This document shows, in pieces, positions 1 to 11,923 of a stretch of DNA of 20,000 nucleotides. The first letter of the stretch is position 1. Each line of letters starts with the position of its first letter. Position numbers and translations under genes: made by a program. Source of the stretch: Paramecium tetraurelia (Eukaryota); contig CT868441.1 in the NCBI GenBank assembly GCA_000165425.1, positions 333,004-353,003 of the forward strand. The letters are read 5' to 3'. Below the pieces are notes generated by a model that did not search any database, was not told the DNA's origin, and saw nothing but the letters and a program-made list of their open reading frames with translations.

Positions 1-3000
1 TATCAGTTTATATATTGATGCTATTACTACATTGAGTGCATTTCGATGTTGTAGTATTCCAATAAAAAGTATTCAGGGTATTAGCTCTACAGGATTATTG
101 ATCGTAAGCCTCTGGATTGGTCTCTACGCATTTGTCATCCTTAGAAATACAGAGTTTGATAGTTGTAGCATCCATGCTATAAATATTATGGCATTCTCTG
201 TCCTGGAGGTCTTCGCACTCTAATGGAAGACAAGAAGTATCAGAAGTGATCTAAGGATTTTCGATCCATTTGCATTTCTCTGATAACTATTGGCATATCT
301 ATTTATCTAGATTACTATCGGAGCATTCCAGAACCTTTAGACATTAAAGACCATCCCAAGCACAAGTTCCATCTAGACCACCATAGTTACATGAAAATTT
401 ATTATCGTAATTAGCACAGACATCAATAGCAATACACAACTGACCATCTGAAATACAGTTTGGTAATTGTTTCAGACAAGTCTCATGAGTGTAACCATAA
501 GGTATGTCACCACAGGAAATAGTTTTGCATTATTTTGTCTAATAAACACATTTGCCATTACTACTTTGAGCATGCAAACATGTTTGTTCATCCGTATAAT
601 CCTCACATGCTTTAATAGTAACACATCTTGTTGAATCAGATGTGCATCCATACAATTAAGCACTGCAAGCCTCATGAGTTTCTCCAACCAATTATTCACA
701 TGATTGATCTTTACATTCATTTTGAACAGCATCCCAAGTGCAAATTCCAGTTTGAGTTATGTACTTCTAATTTGAGTTCGATTTGATGACCTTTCCATTC
801 GAGCTTATTTTGCATTGTTCCTTCTATTTATATGATGAACATAATAACAATGGAATGCATCCATTCTCTGCATCTGTTGTGCATTTCTAGGATGTTGAAT
901 AACATTGTTTATGAGTTAAGTATGGTAAATCATAACATGCCAAGAATCTTTTGCATGTACCTAAACTTTCCCACCAAATGCAGTCTCCATCTAAACCAAT
1001 AACGCAGGCTTATTGAATTGTGTAATCAGCACATTTACTTAATCCAACACATTTATTACCATCAGTAGTGCAGTTCTTAGATAAAGATTTGCAAATTGTA
1101 TCATATGAACTTGAGATGGTATTACAACCTGTATACAGATAGCATGTGCTATTGAGCCACTTACAGATACCATCAATACCTTTAAGACAAATGTCTTCTG
1201 TAATGAATTCTGAGCATTTCTTCTTGGTTGTACATTTGACACCAAAAATGGAAGAATTCTAAAAGGCACAATTGTAGAGAGCACATTCTTTCTCAGATGT
1301 CCCTTGAATGTCATCGCAAATTTACTCTCTGCATCTAAATGAATCCCAAATGCATAATTTATTATCAGCAGATGTTGTACACGCTGCTTATAATTATGCA
1401 TTTTCACATGTTGATTTTTAAGTGCAACCACCTCCCAATCTTGTAGTACAATTACCTTTAGGATAATATTCTTAGCAATCCCTTTCTGTAATGTTGTATT
1501 CTGGTGAAGTAGTGCATGACTTGGCACTGCAATAAGAATATCTGAAGTTCCATTAGCATTCATTTCCATTGACATCTGTATTGCAAGCCTCTTGAACACG
1601 AGCATCAATACATTATTTTCTATCAATACAAGTCTTTCCATCAGATGTACAATTGGAGTTGTATTTCTTGCATTCATCATTAGTCTTGTATATTAAATCA
1701 CTGCACTTTTAAAGTCTACAATAGACATAATCAGTATAGCAGAATTGATAATGTTGTTCACATAATTGAGCAGTGATGGCAGTGTCTGGAGCATTTTAAC
1801 AAGATCTAACCTAGCATGTATTAGTCTTTGGATTCCAATAGCAAGATTGATTGGAAATGGTGATAACACACTGCTTCTCAGTTTGATATTGTTCACAATA
1901 AGTGCTTTTGAATTAACAACCATTTCCAATAGCAATTGTAGTGCATTCATTGAGATAGGATTGGCACTCATCATGTTGAGTGAATGACTTTGGAGCAGTC
2001 TGACATGATTTATTCATGCATCTAGTTCCATCCCAACCACATGGCAGATACATATTATTGATAACACATTGTCGTTCACTGATATATGTTGCACAATCTT
2101 ACAAAGGAACACACCCTCCAATGCCTGAATGTATGACTGTGCAATCACTCAGATAAGCTTGACATTCCACATGAGTATCTCTTGTACTATCATATGCTGC
2201 AGTGTAACAAGACTTTACGTAGCATCTTCCACCACTCCATGCACATACATCTCCATTGGAACCAATAACACAAGACAATTCTGCTGAATAATTCAGACAT
2301 CCATTCAATGTCATACAACCTCCACCCTGCTTTGCTGTACAAGTACTCAAAAACCCATAACATTAAGTGTGAGTTGTATAACTAGTTGGAGCATTTGAAC
2401 ATTTAATATCTGCACATTTACTGATGTCCACATTCCAAAAACATACTCCCTGAGCAGTATTCTTGAAACAATGAGACTCCTATATATAATCAGAGCATTT
2501 AGCAGCCTTTGTGATACATTCACCAATTCTGGCTACTGTACAAGCTGACAAAAATGTCTTACATTCGGTATCATCATCAAAACTTGCATTCTGAGTTGCA
2601 TCTTCGCAGACTCTATCCTTACATTAAGTACCAGTCCAAAAACAAACAGTATTATCTTAACTTTTGATACATTAGTCTTAATTCGACATCATGGAACATT
2701 TCTAAGGCTTAATGACACAACCTGCATGTACATTTAATGCATCCACTGTGCATGTTGATAACCAAGTTTCACAATCAGTATGTGTGAATGTTGTACCAGT
2801 GTAATTTGCACATGTTCGATCCTGGCATTATCCGGATAACCATACACAATTCACTAAACCAATATTAGTTACACATTAATCCTAAGTCACTCCTTAATCC
2901 GTGCAATTTGTAGGTTTATTTACACAATTATTTGGTGATGCACCTGATTCAACGGTACAAGTTTCTAACCAAGTCTTGCAATCCGAATGAGTGAATGTAG

Positions 3001-6000
3001 TTCCTGTGTAATTGCTACAAGTCCTTCTTAAGCAAGTACCATTATACCAAGCACACTTATAACTACCACTGTCAATTACACATTAATTATATGATACACC
3101 GGCATTACTACAATTTGATTATAATGTAGTGCAGGTTGTTGGTTTATTTAATTAACATTGAGGTAACCATTTTTCACAATTACCATGAGTCCAAGTACTG
3201 ATACCTGTCGTATTTGAGCAAGTCTTATCAATACATGCAGTATTGCCTGAATTTACAGTGCATGTTGATAACCATGTTTAACAATTTGCATGATTAAATG
3301 TGATTCCAGTTGCATTAGCACAAGTCTTAGCAGTACATGCAGTACTACCTGTCACAGTACAATCAAAGTTCCAATTTTAACAATTATTATGATTGAATGT
3401 TGTAACAAAAGATCCGTGATTAGTACAAGTCTTGGGTTCACATGCATTTGATCCTGTATTAACTGTACATGTAGACAACCAGAATTAACAATTACTATGA
3501 TTGAATACAGTCACTTAACTTCCATGATTAGTGCAAGTTCTACTTGTTACACAAGATGCACCATCATCAGATACAGTGCAATAATATAACCAATTTGAAC
3601 AATTTGTATGATTAAAAGTACTTAACCCATGATTACTACAAGTCTTATATTCACAATTAGTGCTTGTTGGTGTTAATTTACAATAACTAAACCAATTACT
3701 GCAGTTTGTACTATTGACAGTAAAACCGGAAGGATAATTTGTACAATGCTTCATTTCACATTTTGTAGTTGAATTATTGGTACAAGTAGGTAGCCATCCA
3801 GAACAAGTTATCTTAGTAAAAGTACTTAATTATGATCCATAGTTATCACACGTCTTGAGCATGCAACCATCATTTGAAATATTCACTGTGCAAGATGGCA
3901 ACCAATTCTAACAGGTTTGGAGGTTAAATTAAGTAATCTGATTGCCATAATTACTACAATTTCTGGTACTCACACATTTAGTGGCTGAATAGTTTGGAGT
4001 GCAATATGATAACCAAGCTCTACATAAGGATTCAGTGATAGATCCTGAATAATTATCACATGTCTTATATTCGCAATCATAGTTTAAGTATGTACATTGA
4101 TTATTCCAATTGAAACAGTTGGTTGCTGATAATCCCATAGCTTAATAGTTTGTGCATGTTTTATAATTGCAAGTGGTTTCACTTGCTTAAAATGTGCATT
4201 ATGGCAACCAAGTTTAACAATTCGCATGACTTGGGGTACTCACATTTGCACCATGATTTTGACAAGTTTTATTCTTGCACGCTGTAGCCCCGTCATTAGT
4301 ACAAATATCATACCAATTGTAACAGTTTGAGTGATTGAATGTTGTGACTTCGGATCCATGATTTGTGCAGGTCTTGGAGATACAACCAGTTGAAGAGGCA
4401 TTGGATGTGCATGTAGTTAACCAATCCTAACAATAGTATTAATCATATTTAATATTGTATCCATTGTAACTTGATAAACATGTTCTTGAAGGCAGACACC
4501 CTGAAGAGTTATATGTACATTAATTGCCAATCCATGAAACACAATAACTACTAAATGAACTTGTAAATGCACTACCATAATTAGTGCAAGTTTTGAGTTC
4601 ACATCCATTTGCACTTGCATTTGCTTTACAAATTGTTAACCATTATCCGCATTTTTAATTAGTTGTTGTTGTCATACCATGATTGAAGCATGTCTTATAA
4701 ATGCATCCATTATTTGACCCGTTGACTGTGCACAAGGGATTCCATTACTCACAATTAACATGATTGAAGATCTTAATATTATCTCCATAGTCACTGCAAG
4801 TTCTCTATGAATGGCAGCCTCTCTGACTTTAACTTCTTGTGCAATGTGATAGCCAACTCTGACAATTTGCTACAGAGGAAAACGATGTTGAACTTCCACA
4901 AGTCTTATAATCACAATATCCAAAAGTAGTAACTTGTTTGCACGAATTTAGATATGATGAACATGAAGACCATGCTCCTGAATCTGAACATTATCTATTT
5001 TTGCATCCTGTAGTACTATCATTGGTACATAAATAATTCCAAGATACACATTATCCATCTGTAATTTAACTAGGCGTACTATAACCATTTTTTAATTCAG
5101 TTGTGATACTTGTATTGTAACAGGTTTTTTCAGTACAACCATTACCAGAATCATTGACTGTGCAACTTGACAACCAATTTTCGCAGTTGAGATGATTGAA
5201 TGTTGTAACGTTTGATCCATAATTGGAACATGTTCTGTGTGAGATACAACTCAATTATCCAAGTAAACAATGAGAATATCTGGTTTAACAAGTGGCAAGA
5301 GTAGTATCTGCAAAATCATAACAAGTTTTGATCTTGCAGCCAGTACATTATTGATAATAACAATCAGATCTAAATCCTTAACACCCAGAATCACTAAAAC
5401 ATGTACCAATATTTTGGTTTTGATTATTACAAGTCTTATCAATACATTTCGAATTATCGTACATTGCAGTACAAGATGATGACCAAGTTTAACAATTGGA
5501 ATGATTAATAGTTCCGGTGAAATTGGCACAAGTCTTTGGAGCACAATTTGTATTAGTAGAATTAACAGTGCAATTGGGATCCCAAGCAACACAATTTGCA
5601 TGATTGAAGACTGAAAAGTGTTATCCATTGTTATAACAACTACTCACACATTGATTGTTTGTAGATTTCAACGACCAAGCTTCCGACCATTTCTTACAAT
5701 TACTCTCTGTATATATAAGAGTTTATATAGCATTTGAACTAGTCTTGAAAGTACATCCATTGTAAGAAGAATTGATAGTACATCTAGATGACCAAGCCTC
5801 ACAATTAGCTTAATTAATTGTTCCTGAGAAATTAGTACAAGTCTTTTCAACACATATACCATTGGAACTATCGTACTTGCATGATGAGAGATATGTCTCA
5901 CAATCTGATTCAGAAGTTGGGGTTCCAATCACAGTAGTGTACATTTCACATAATTTATATGTGCAACCAGAATTGTCAGTCTTTCTAGTACATGTGGATA

Positions 6001-9000
6001 ACCATTATTCGCAATTACTATGCGACACAGAACCTCCAAAATTAGAACATGTCCTTATCGATTCACAATCAGAACTGGTTGAATAGAATGAACAAGTACT
6101 AAGCCAATTTGAACAGTTTGATGCGTTTAGAGTCAAAGCGCCGTGATTTGTACAAGTTCTATCCTCACATAATTGACTTGATGAATTGTAAGTGCATAAA
6201 GAACTCCAAGATTGGCAATTCGAAGTGTTTTTAGTAATATAAGAAGGCATATTACTACATGTTCGAGTGATACAACCATCGAAATTGGTATTGACGGTGC
6301 AGATTGATAACCAACCATTACAAGTTGAATCGTTGTATGGTCCAAACGATAATAAGGTAGGAGAAGCATTTGAACAGGATTTATCTTCACACGAAGTACC
6401 TGCACTATTAATAGTGCAAGATGAAAGCCAATTATTACAGTTGGTGTGATTTAATACCTTAATGTTGGTTCCATAATTAGTACATGTTTTAGTACTAACA
6501 CAAGCAGTTTAGGTATCATTACCGGTACAGTAAGATAACCAAGTATTACAACTGGCTGAAGTATAAGTAGCAGGAGTTATGTTGCTACATGATCTATCTT
6601 GACACCCTGTATTTGATAGATTAGTACAGGATGACAGCCAATTGTTGCAATTGGTATTCGAGAAACTCGATATACTTTGGCCATAATTATAACAAGTCTT
6701 TTCAATACAACCATCAAAAGTAGTATTAACAGTACAGGTGGATAGCCAAGCACTGCAATTTGTATTACTGTATGAACTAACTACTGCATTACTACAGGTT
6801 TTATTTTCAATACAACCAGAATTGGAAGAATTTGCAACACAATAGGACAACCAAGCACTGCAATTCGCATTTGAGTATAAGGTTACTTAATCTCCATGAT
6901 TATAACAAGTCTTACTTATACATGCACTTTGAGCAACATTGCTAGTACATGTATTCAACCAAGTTTCACATGTGATTGGATCAAAAGCTATCAAATATGA
7001 TGCAGCCAATGCACAGGTTTTATCTTAACAACTTGTTGTATTTGAGTATGTACATGTGGATAACCAGTTTTCACAATATTGATGAGTATAAGTTGTTAAA
7101 GAAGTACTAGTACAAGTACGGATATTAACACAAGCAGTACCAGAAGAGTTAGCAACACATGCACTCCACCAAGCTTAACAATTTGCATTATTGAATACAG
7201 ATACATTAGATCCATGATTTGTACAAGATTTAGGAATACACGTTTTAGAAGATCCTGTATAAGTACAATTGGATAACCATGTCTAACAATTAGCATGACT
7301 CAATTGACTAACTTGGATACTATGATTGTAACAACTCTTTTGTTCGCATCCATTGAATTGAGATTTGACTGTGCAATCTGATAAATAACCTTAGCAAAAT
7401 TCAAAGGTGTAAGTTATAAGTTAAGTATCAGTACAAGATTTTAATTTGCATGCTGATGAACCATTATTCGTGCATAGATAATTGTAACTCTCACATGTGA
7501 TATGAGTATAAGTGGGCAAAACTGGTGAACATCCTCTCATATTCTCACAAGCAGTACCACCCACATTTACTTAACAGTAACTCAACCATGACTTGCAATT
7601 GGCATTGCTGAAAACAGTTACATTAGTTCCATGATTGGTACAAGTCTTAGCCTCACAAGTAGTTCCATTGGTAGTGCAAATTCCCAACCATTTATTGCAA
7701 CTAGCATGATCCTATGTGTAGACAAAATCATTATAATTATAGCAAGTCTTATCTGCACACTAAGAACCTGAAACATATGTACATCTCTATAACCAAGCCT
7801 CACAATTTAAATGAGATTGGACACTCACATTGCTACTGTGATTGGTACAAGTCTTGTCATTGCATTAACCTACAGTAGTGTAAGTACATTCATTAAACCA
7901 ACCAACACAATTTGCATAATTAAATGTTGTTAAATCGGTCAAGGCACATGTTCTTTTAGAGACACAGGCTGTATTGTCAGAATTAACAGTGCAAGTATTT
8001 AACCACTAGTAACAATTATTTGAAGAATAAGTTCCTAATTTAGCATTTGCACAAGTCTTGGGTTAGCAACTTAATTGATCCACAGATATAGTACAAAGAT
8101 AATACCAGTTGTTGCAATTTGTATGACTAAAGTCTGTTATTGAATGATTGTAACAAGTCTTTTAAGTACAAGTCGAACCTGATACTGTGCATTCATCCCA
8201 CCATGCATTACAATTATTGTAATTGAATACTGTTATCGCTGTGCCATAATTAGTACATGTTCTACTACTGACACAAGCTGTATGATCGTCATTTGACTGA
8301 CACTTGAATAACCAGGTGCTGCAATTGCTATCAGTGAAATCAGTTACCTCAGATCCATAATTCTTGCAAGTTCTGTCAATGCATGCATTATTAGCAGAGT
8401 GTACTGTGCAAAGAGGAGACCAACCAGAGCAATCACTATGGGTAAATGTAGTCACATTCGAACCATGATTGGTACATGTTCTTGTAATCTCACAGGCAGT
8501 TTGACCAGGATTACCAGAACATCCTGGCATCCATCCTGAACAATTGGCATCAGTGAATTCAGTCACAGCATATCCATGATTATTACACGTTCGGTCTACA
8601 CATGAAGTACCTACCCAAGCACATAATAGATTAGATATATTCTTGTAACACTGATCATAATTCAAAGCATCAGAACAATTAGTTGGTTTAGCTGCACAGG
8701 TTGTTGGCTTATTTACTGTACATGAAGTCATCCATGCATAACATGACGAATGGTCGAAATCTGTAATTCCTTCAGTAGTTGTACATGTCTTATTTACACA
8801 ACTCGATCCATTCCAATAACATTAGACATTTGTAGAGGTATATGTACAATTATTTTAATATTAATAGGAAGTACATGATGATTGTAATGCCAGACAACCA
8901 GTAGGAACAGATACATTATTCACCACACATGTAGGCAACCAATTAGCACAAGTTGTAGGAGTAAAACTAGCAATTCCAATAGTCAAACTGCAAGTTCTAT

Positions 9001-11546
9001 TTAGACAATAAGGAGGATTTGCAGATGTGTTCCAAGTACAAATAGTACCTGCACTATCCTTCACACATTAATGCTATGACAATTCATTACAAGTCGCCTT
9101 TCTTATGGTGCAACCAGTACCACCTATTCTACGTACTACATTGCATCTATTATCATAACCATGACATTCATTTTTATCGTCATAGCTGGCAGTATCTGGT
9201 GAATATATACATTATCTGTCCAAACAAGAGGTTAAATACCAAGAACATTTATTACCATTCAGAATTTATTCACATTATCTTTGAGATGTGTATGAACTGC
9301 AACTCGTCATCATTGTCATGCATCCTCCTGTACCTGTAGCAACAACTGTGCAAGTATCCAAGAAAGTATTGCATTCTGTAAATGTGTCATAATCTGTACT
9401 TGCAGGTGCATTACTGCAAGTCCTATCAACACAAGATCCAATCCAAGCACAAGGATCACCAGATAAATTTGTAGAAGTAGCAGTACATTAAGTGGCAGTA
9501 GTCATATCTGAGCAATTTGCTGGTTTTGGAATACAACCATCTCCAGCATTATTAACAATACAAACCTGTGAGATATGTATTACACAAATCATTTGTAGTA
9601 TGTGTATTGTCAGCAGTTTGACAACTCTTGTTAGCACATACTCCATTGTTCCATTGACAAATATCGTTGTTTATATCAAATCGACAACTATTTGAGTTAA
9701 AGTATTGATCACAAGTGTTTAATAATTAACAGCCAGCTCCAGTAGTAGTACAACCAATTAAATACGAATTACATCCCTCATATGTTGTCAGTGAACTCGG
9801 AGCTGTCTAACACTCCTTCTTCTTGCATGAATTTTAATACCACTCACATTGAACATTGTATGCATTTGTGATACATTATTCTGCTATTTTCATCTCTCCA
9901 CATTGATAAGGTCTATCCATACATCCCATCCCAGTGTTTCGGACTGTACATTTACTTAGATATCCCTTGCATTAAGCATCAGTCACAAAACTGCTGTTTA
10001 CTGGAGCATTTTCACAAGTCTTATCAAAACATAACCCAATCCAATGACAATTATTCCCTAACTTATCTACAACACAATTATCCTTTTAGAATATAGCATC
10101 ACAAGTCATATCCATACATCCATTTAACGTTTTGTTTACTGTACAAAGTTTGGAATAAGTTTGGCATTGATCATGAGAGTTGTAAACATTTGGAGCATTA
10201 GTACATGTCTTTAATCTGCAGGAATTTAAGTACCAAAAACACTCTCTTCCTTGTTAATCTAATAAACAAGCTTCTTTCATTGTAATAATGGAGCAATCCG
10301 AATTCATGACACATCCCCCATTAATTTTGGTAATACAACCAGATTTATATAATTCACAATCATAATTACTTTTTAATTCCTTTGGAGCATTATCACAAGT
10401 TCTATCTTGACAACCATTTTTTGATGCATTTACTGTACAATCGGATTTGTACTCTGAACATTTTTCATGGGTATTATAATTTTTGTCTGCATTGATACAA
10501 CTATATTAAACACACGATTTCGTATTCCAAGAACAATTCAATAATCCACTCTAACAACCTGTTTAATCAATGAAGTCTTCACATTTATTGAAAGTTTAAC
10601 AACCACCCTTCAAACTAGGTACACACCCATTCAAAAACTGTTAACATTCCTCAAATGTTCTTATTAATTCAGATGCATTGCTGCAAACCTTTTCTACGCA
10701 TTAATCATTCTTCCAATAACACTGCTTACCATTCTTATCAATAACGCATGCTGCACTAATTGAGATATCTACACAATTTCTAAGCTCAACGCATCCTCCA
10801 CCTACTGTTAAGATGCATCCCTTTAAATAAGAGTTGCATTCCTCATTACTCTTTATACTTATTGGAGCAGATTAACATGATCTATCAACACAAGTTATGC
10901 CATTCCAATTACATCTCACCTGCATGAATCTATCCCAAACACACTGTTATTCCCCTTCCTAATTGTAACAATTCAATCCGCTCAATTAACATCCACCTTA
11001 TGATGATACAGTGCAGTCACTGTTCACACTTCTGCACTCGGCATCACTCGTCAATGATTTCGGCAATTATCCACAATCTAAACTCTTTGAACAACTCCCA
11101 TTTTCCCAATAACAATAGTTCCCTTCTGTATCTTTCCTGCATGATATTGCTGTCCTGTAATCAGAACACACACTGATTTCCACACATTTCTCTCCGTCTG
11201 TTATACACTTATTAGATATGCTTTGACACAATTCATTTGTGCTCTATAAATAACTACTGCATGCACTAAATTCAACACATTTGTCCACCAAAAATGCACA
11301 GCCTGATTAAATACTACAATTAGTTTTATCAAATTGAGAACAAAATGATTCACTCTCTCCATCATGTACCGATCCTTATTTTAACTTCACTTTGCATGCA
11401 TAATCCTACCACTAACAACCTTATTTTATGCAATCATCCTGCACCATCAGTTGCAAGCATTCACATTCATAGTCACTCCCAACTATGATCTCCTTCCCTA
11501 ATGACCCACTCAAAACTAGAAGCAAAACCAATAAAAAGGGTTTCAT
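1..11546 (-). CDS. Giant cysteine-rich Paramecium surface-antigen (immobilization antigen)-like protein, >3,800 aa; 3' end beyond the left edge; one +1 frameshift at 9562-9564
   Basis: ATG at 11546 gives the signal peptide MKPFLLVLLLVLSGSLG, followed by periodic Cys/Trp repeats (CxW...C.[DK][RK]TC..AP....C..Y...C). With TAA/TAG=Gln the frame is open from 11546 to 9565. After one extra base it continues in the frame shared by the supplied ORFs 8861-9064, 8162-8731, 6509-6850, 6005-6250, 5066-5254, 3929-4138, 3515-3754 and 2099-2350, down to position 2 (..CRANTLNTFYWNTTTSKCTQCSNSINIQTD). No stop was found in the stretches I translated and no convincing intron was seen. Confidence 0.9.
3130..8600 (-). 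repeat. Central array of about 52 degenerate ~32-40 aa (~100-115 bp) 4-Cys protein repeats within the surface-antigen-like gene
   Basis: Recurring unit [KR]TC-x-N-[HY]-G...F-N-H-x-N-C-x2-W-L-x2-C-T-V-N...C, counted by hand from successive [KR]xC starts between ~8590 and ~3220. The units are Thr/Asn/Ser-rich with many N-x-S/T sequons. Confidence 0.85.
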
Positions 11547-11923
11547 ATTTATATATAATACTCTTTTAGTCAATATTATCAATTAAGTATAATTCAAATT
11601 TTTCATCTCCCCCAGAGATTTTTTGTTTCGTAAATATCTACTCCAAAATCTAATCTGTCTCCAATTCGACATAAACACAATACCCTCTCCCAATATTAAC
11701 CTCAATTACAGCCAAATCTATCTATCAAGACAGGCCCAAACAACAACAAAAGTCTAACGAAAGAAACTATTCCCCCTTCGAATCGAAAGAATAAACTAAT
11801 AGTTATATTTGAATCTATAATTTCTTTGATGTTATTTTTTAGCCCTTTTATTAAATATGAGTGTTCACATTCAAATTATAATAAACTCTCAAATATTATA
11901 TTATATAAAAAACGAATTCATCT
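11547..11923. promoter_or_regulatory. Divergent intergenic region (putative bidirectional promoter) between the surface-antigen-like and TMP-like genes
   Basis: Head-to-head ATGs at 11546 (-) and 11924 (+), with AT-rich tracts next to each start. No specific motif identified. Confidence 0.4.

Noticed and set aside
472..7803. Minus-strand ORFs 472-732, 1039-1680, 1693-1974, 4417-4620, 5251-5628, 5668-5928, 6133-6405, 7096-7296 and 7618-7803 as separate genes
   Set aside because: They are off-frame shadows of the surface-antigen frame; their Val/Leu/Ile/Met-rich text results from shifting Cys/Thr/Asn codons by one base.
3130..8600. CRISPR-like or DNA-level repeat-spacer array (recurring acaagtctt / aaccaa / ccatgatt at ~105-bp spacing)
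   Set aside because: The recurrences are codons for conserved KTC, WL and NHG residues with synonymous variation; the context is eukaryotic and there are no cas genes.
32..9695. Plus-strand ORFs (32-223, 1766-1987, 5270-5479, 5862-6086, 6267-6449, 9076-9339, 9492-9695) as antisense genes
   Set aside because: Short antisense shadows of a strongly patterned coding strand, with no recognisable motifs.
1..11546. Many in-frame TAA/TAG codons read as pseudogenisation, stop-codon readthrough or a novel code
   Set aside because: All genes in the window, including conserved folD and the kinase, use TAA/TAG at Gln-compatible positions and end in TGA. This is the well-known ciliate code (table 6).
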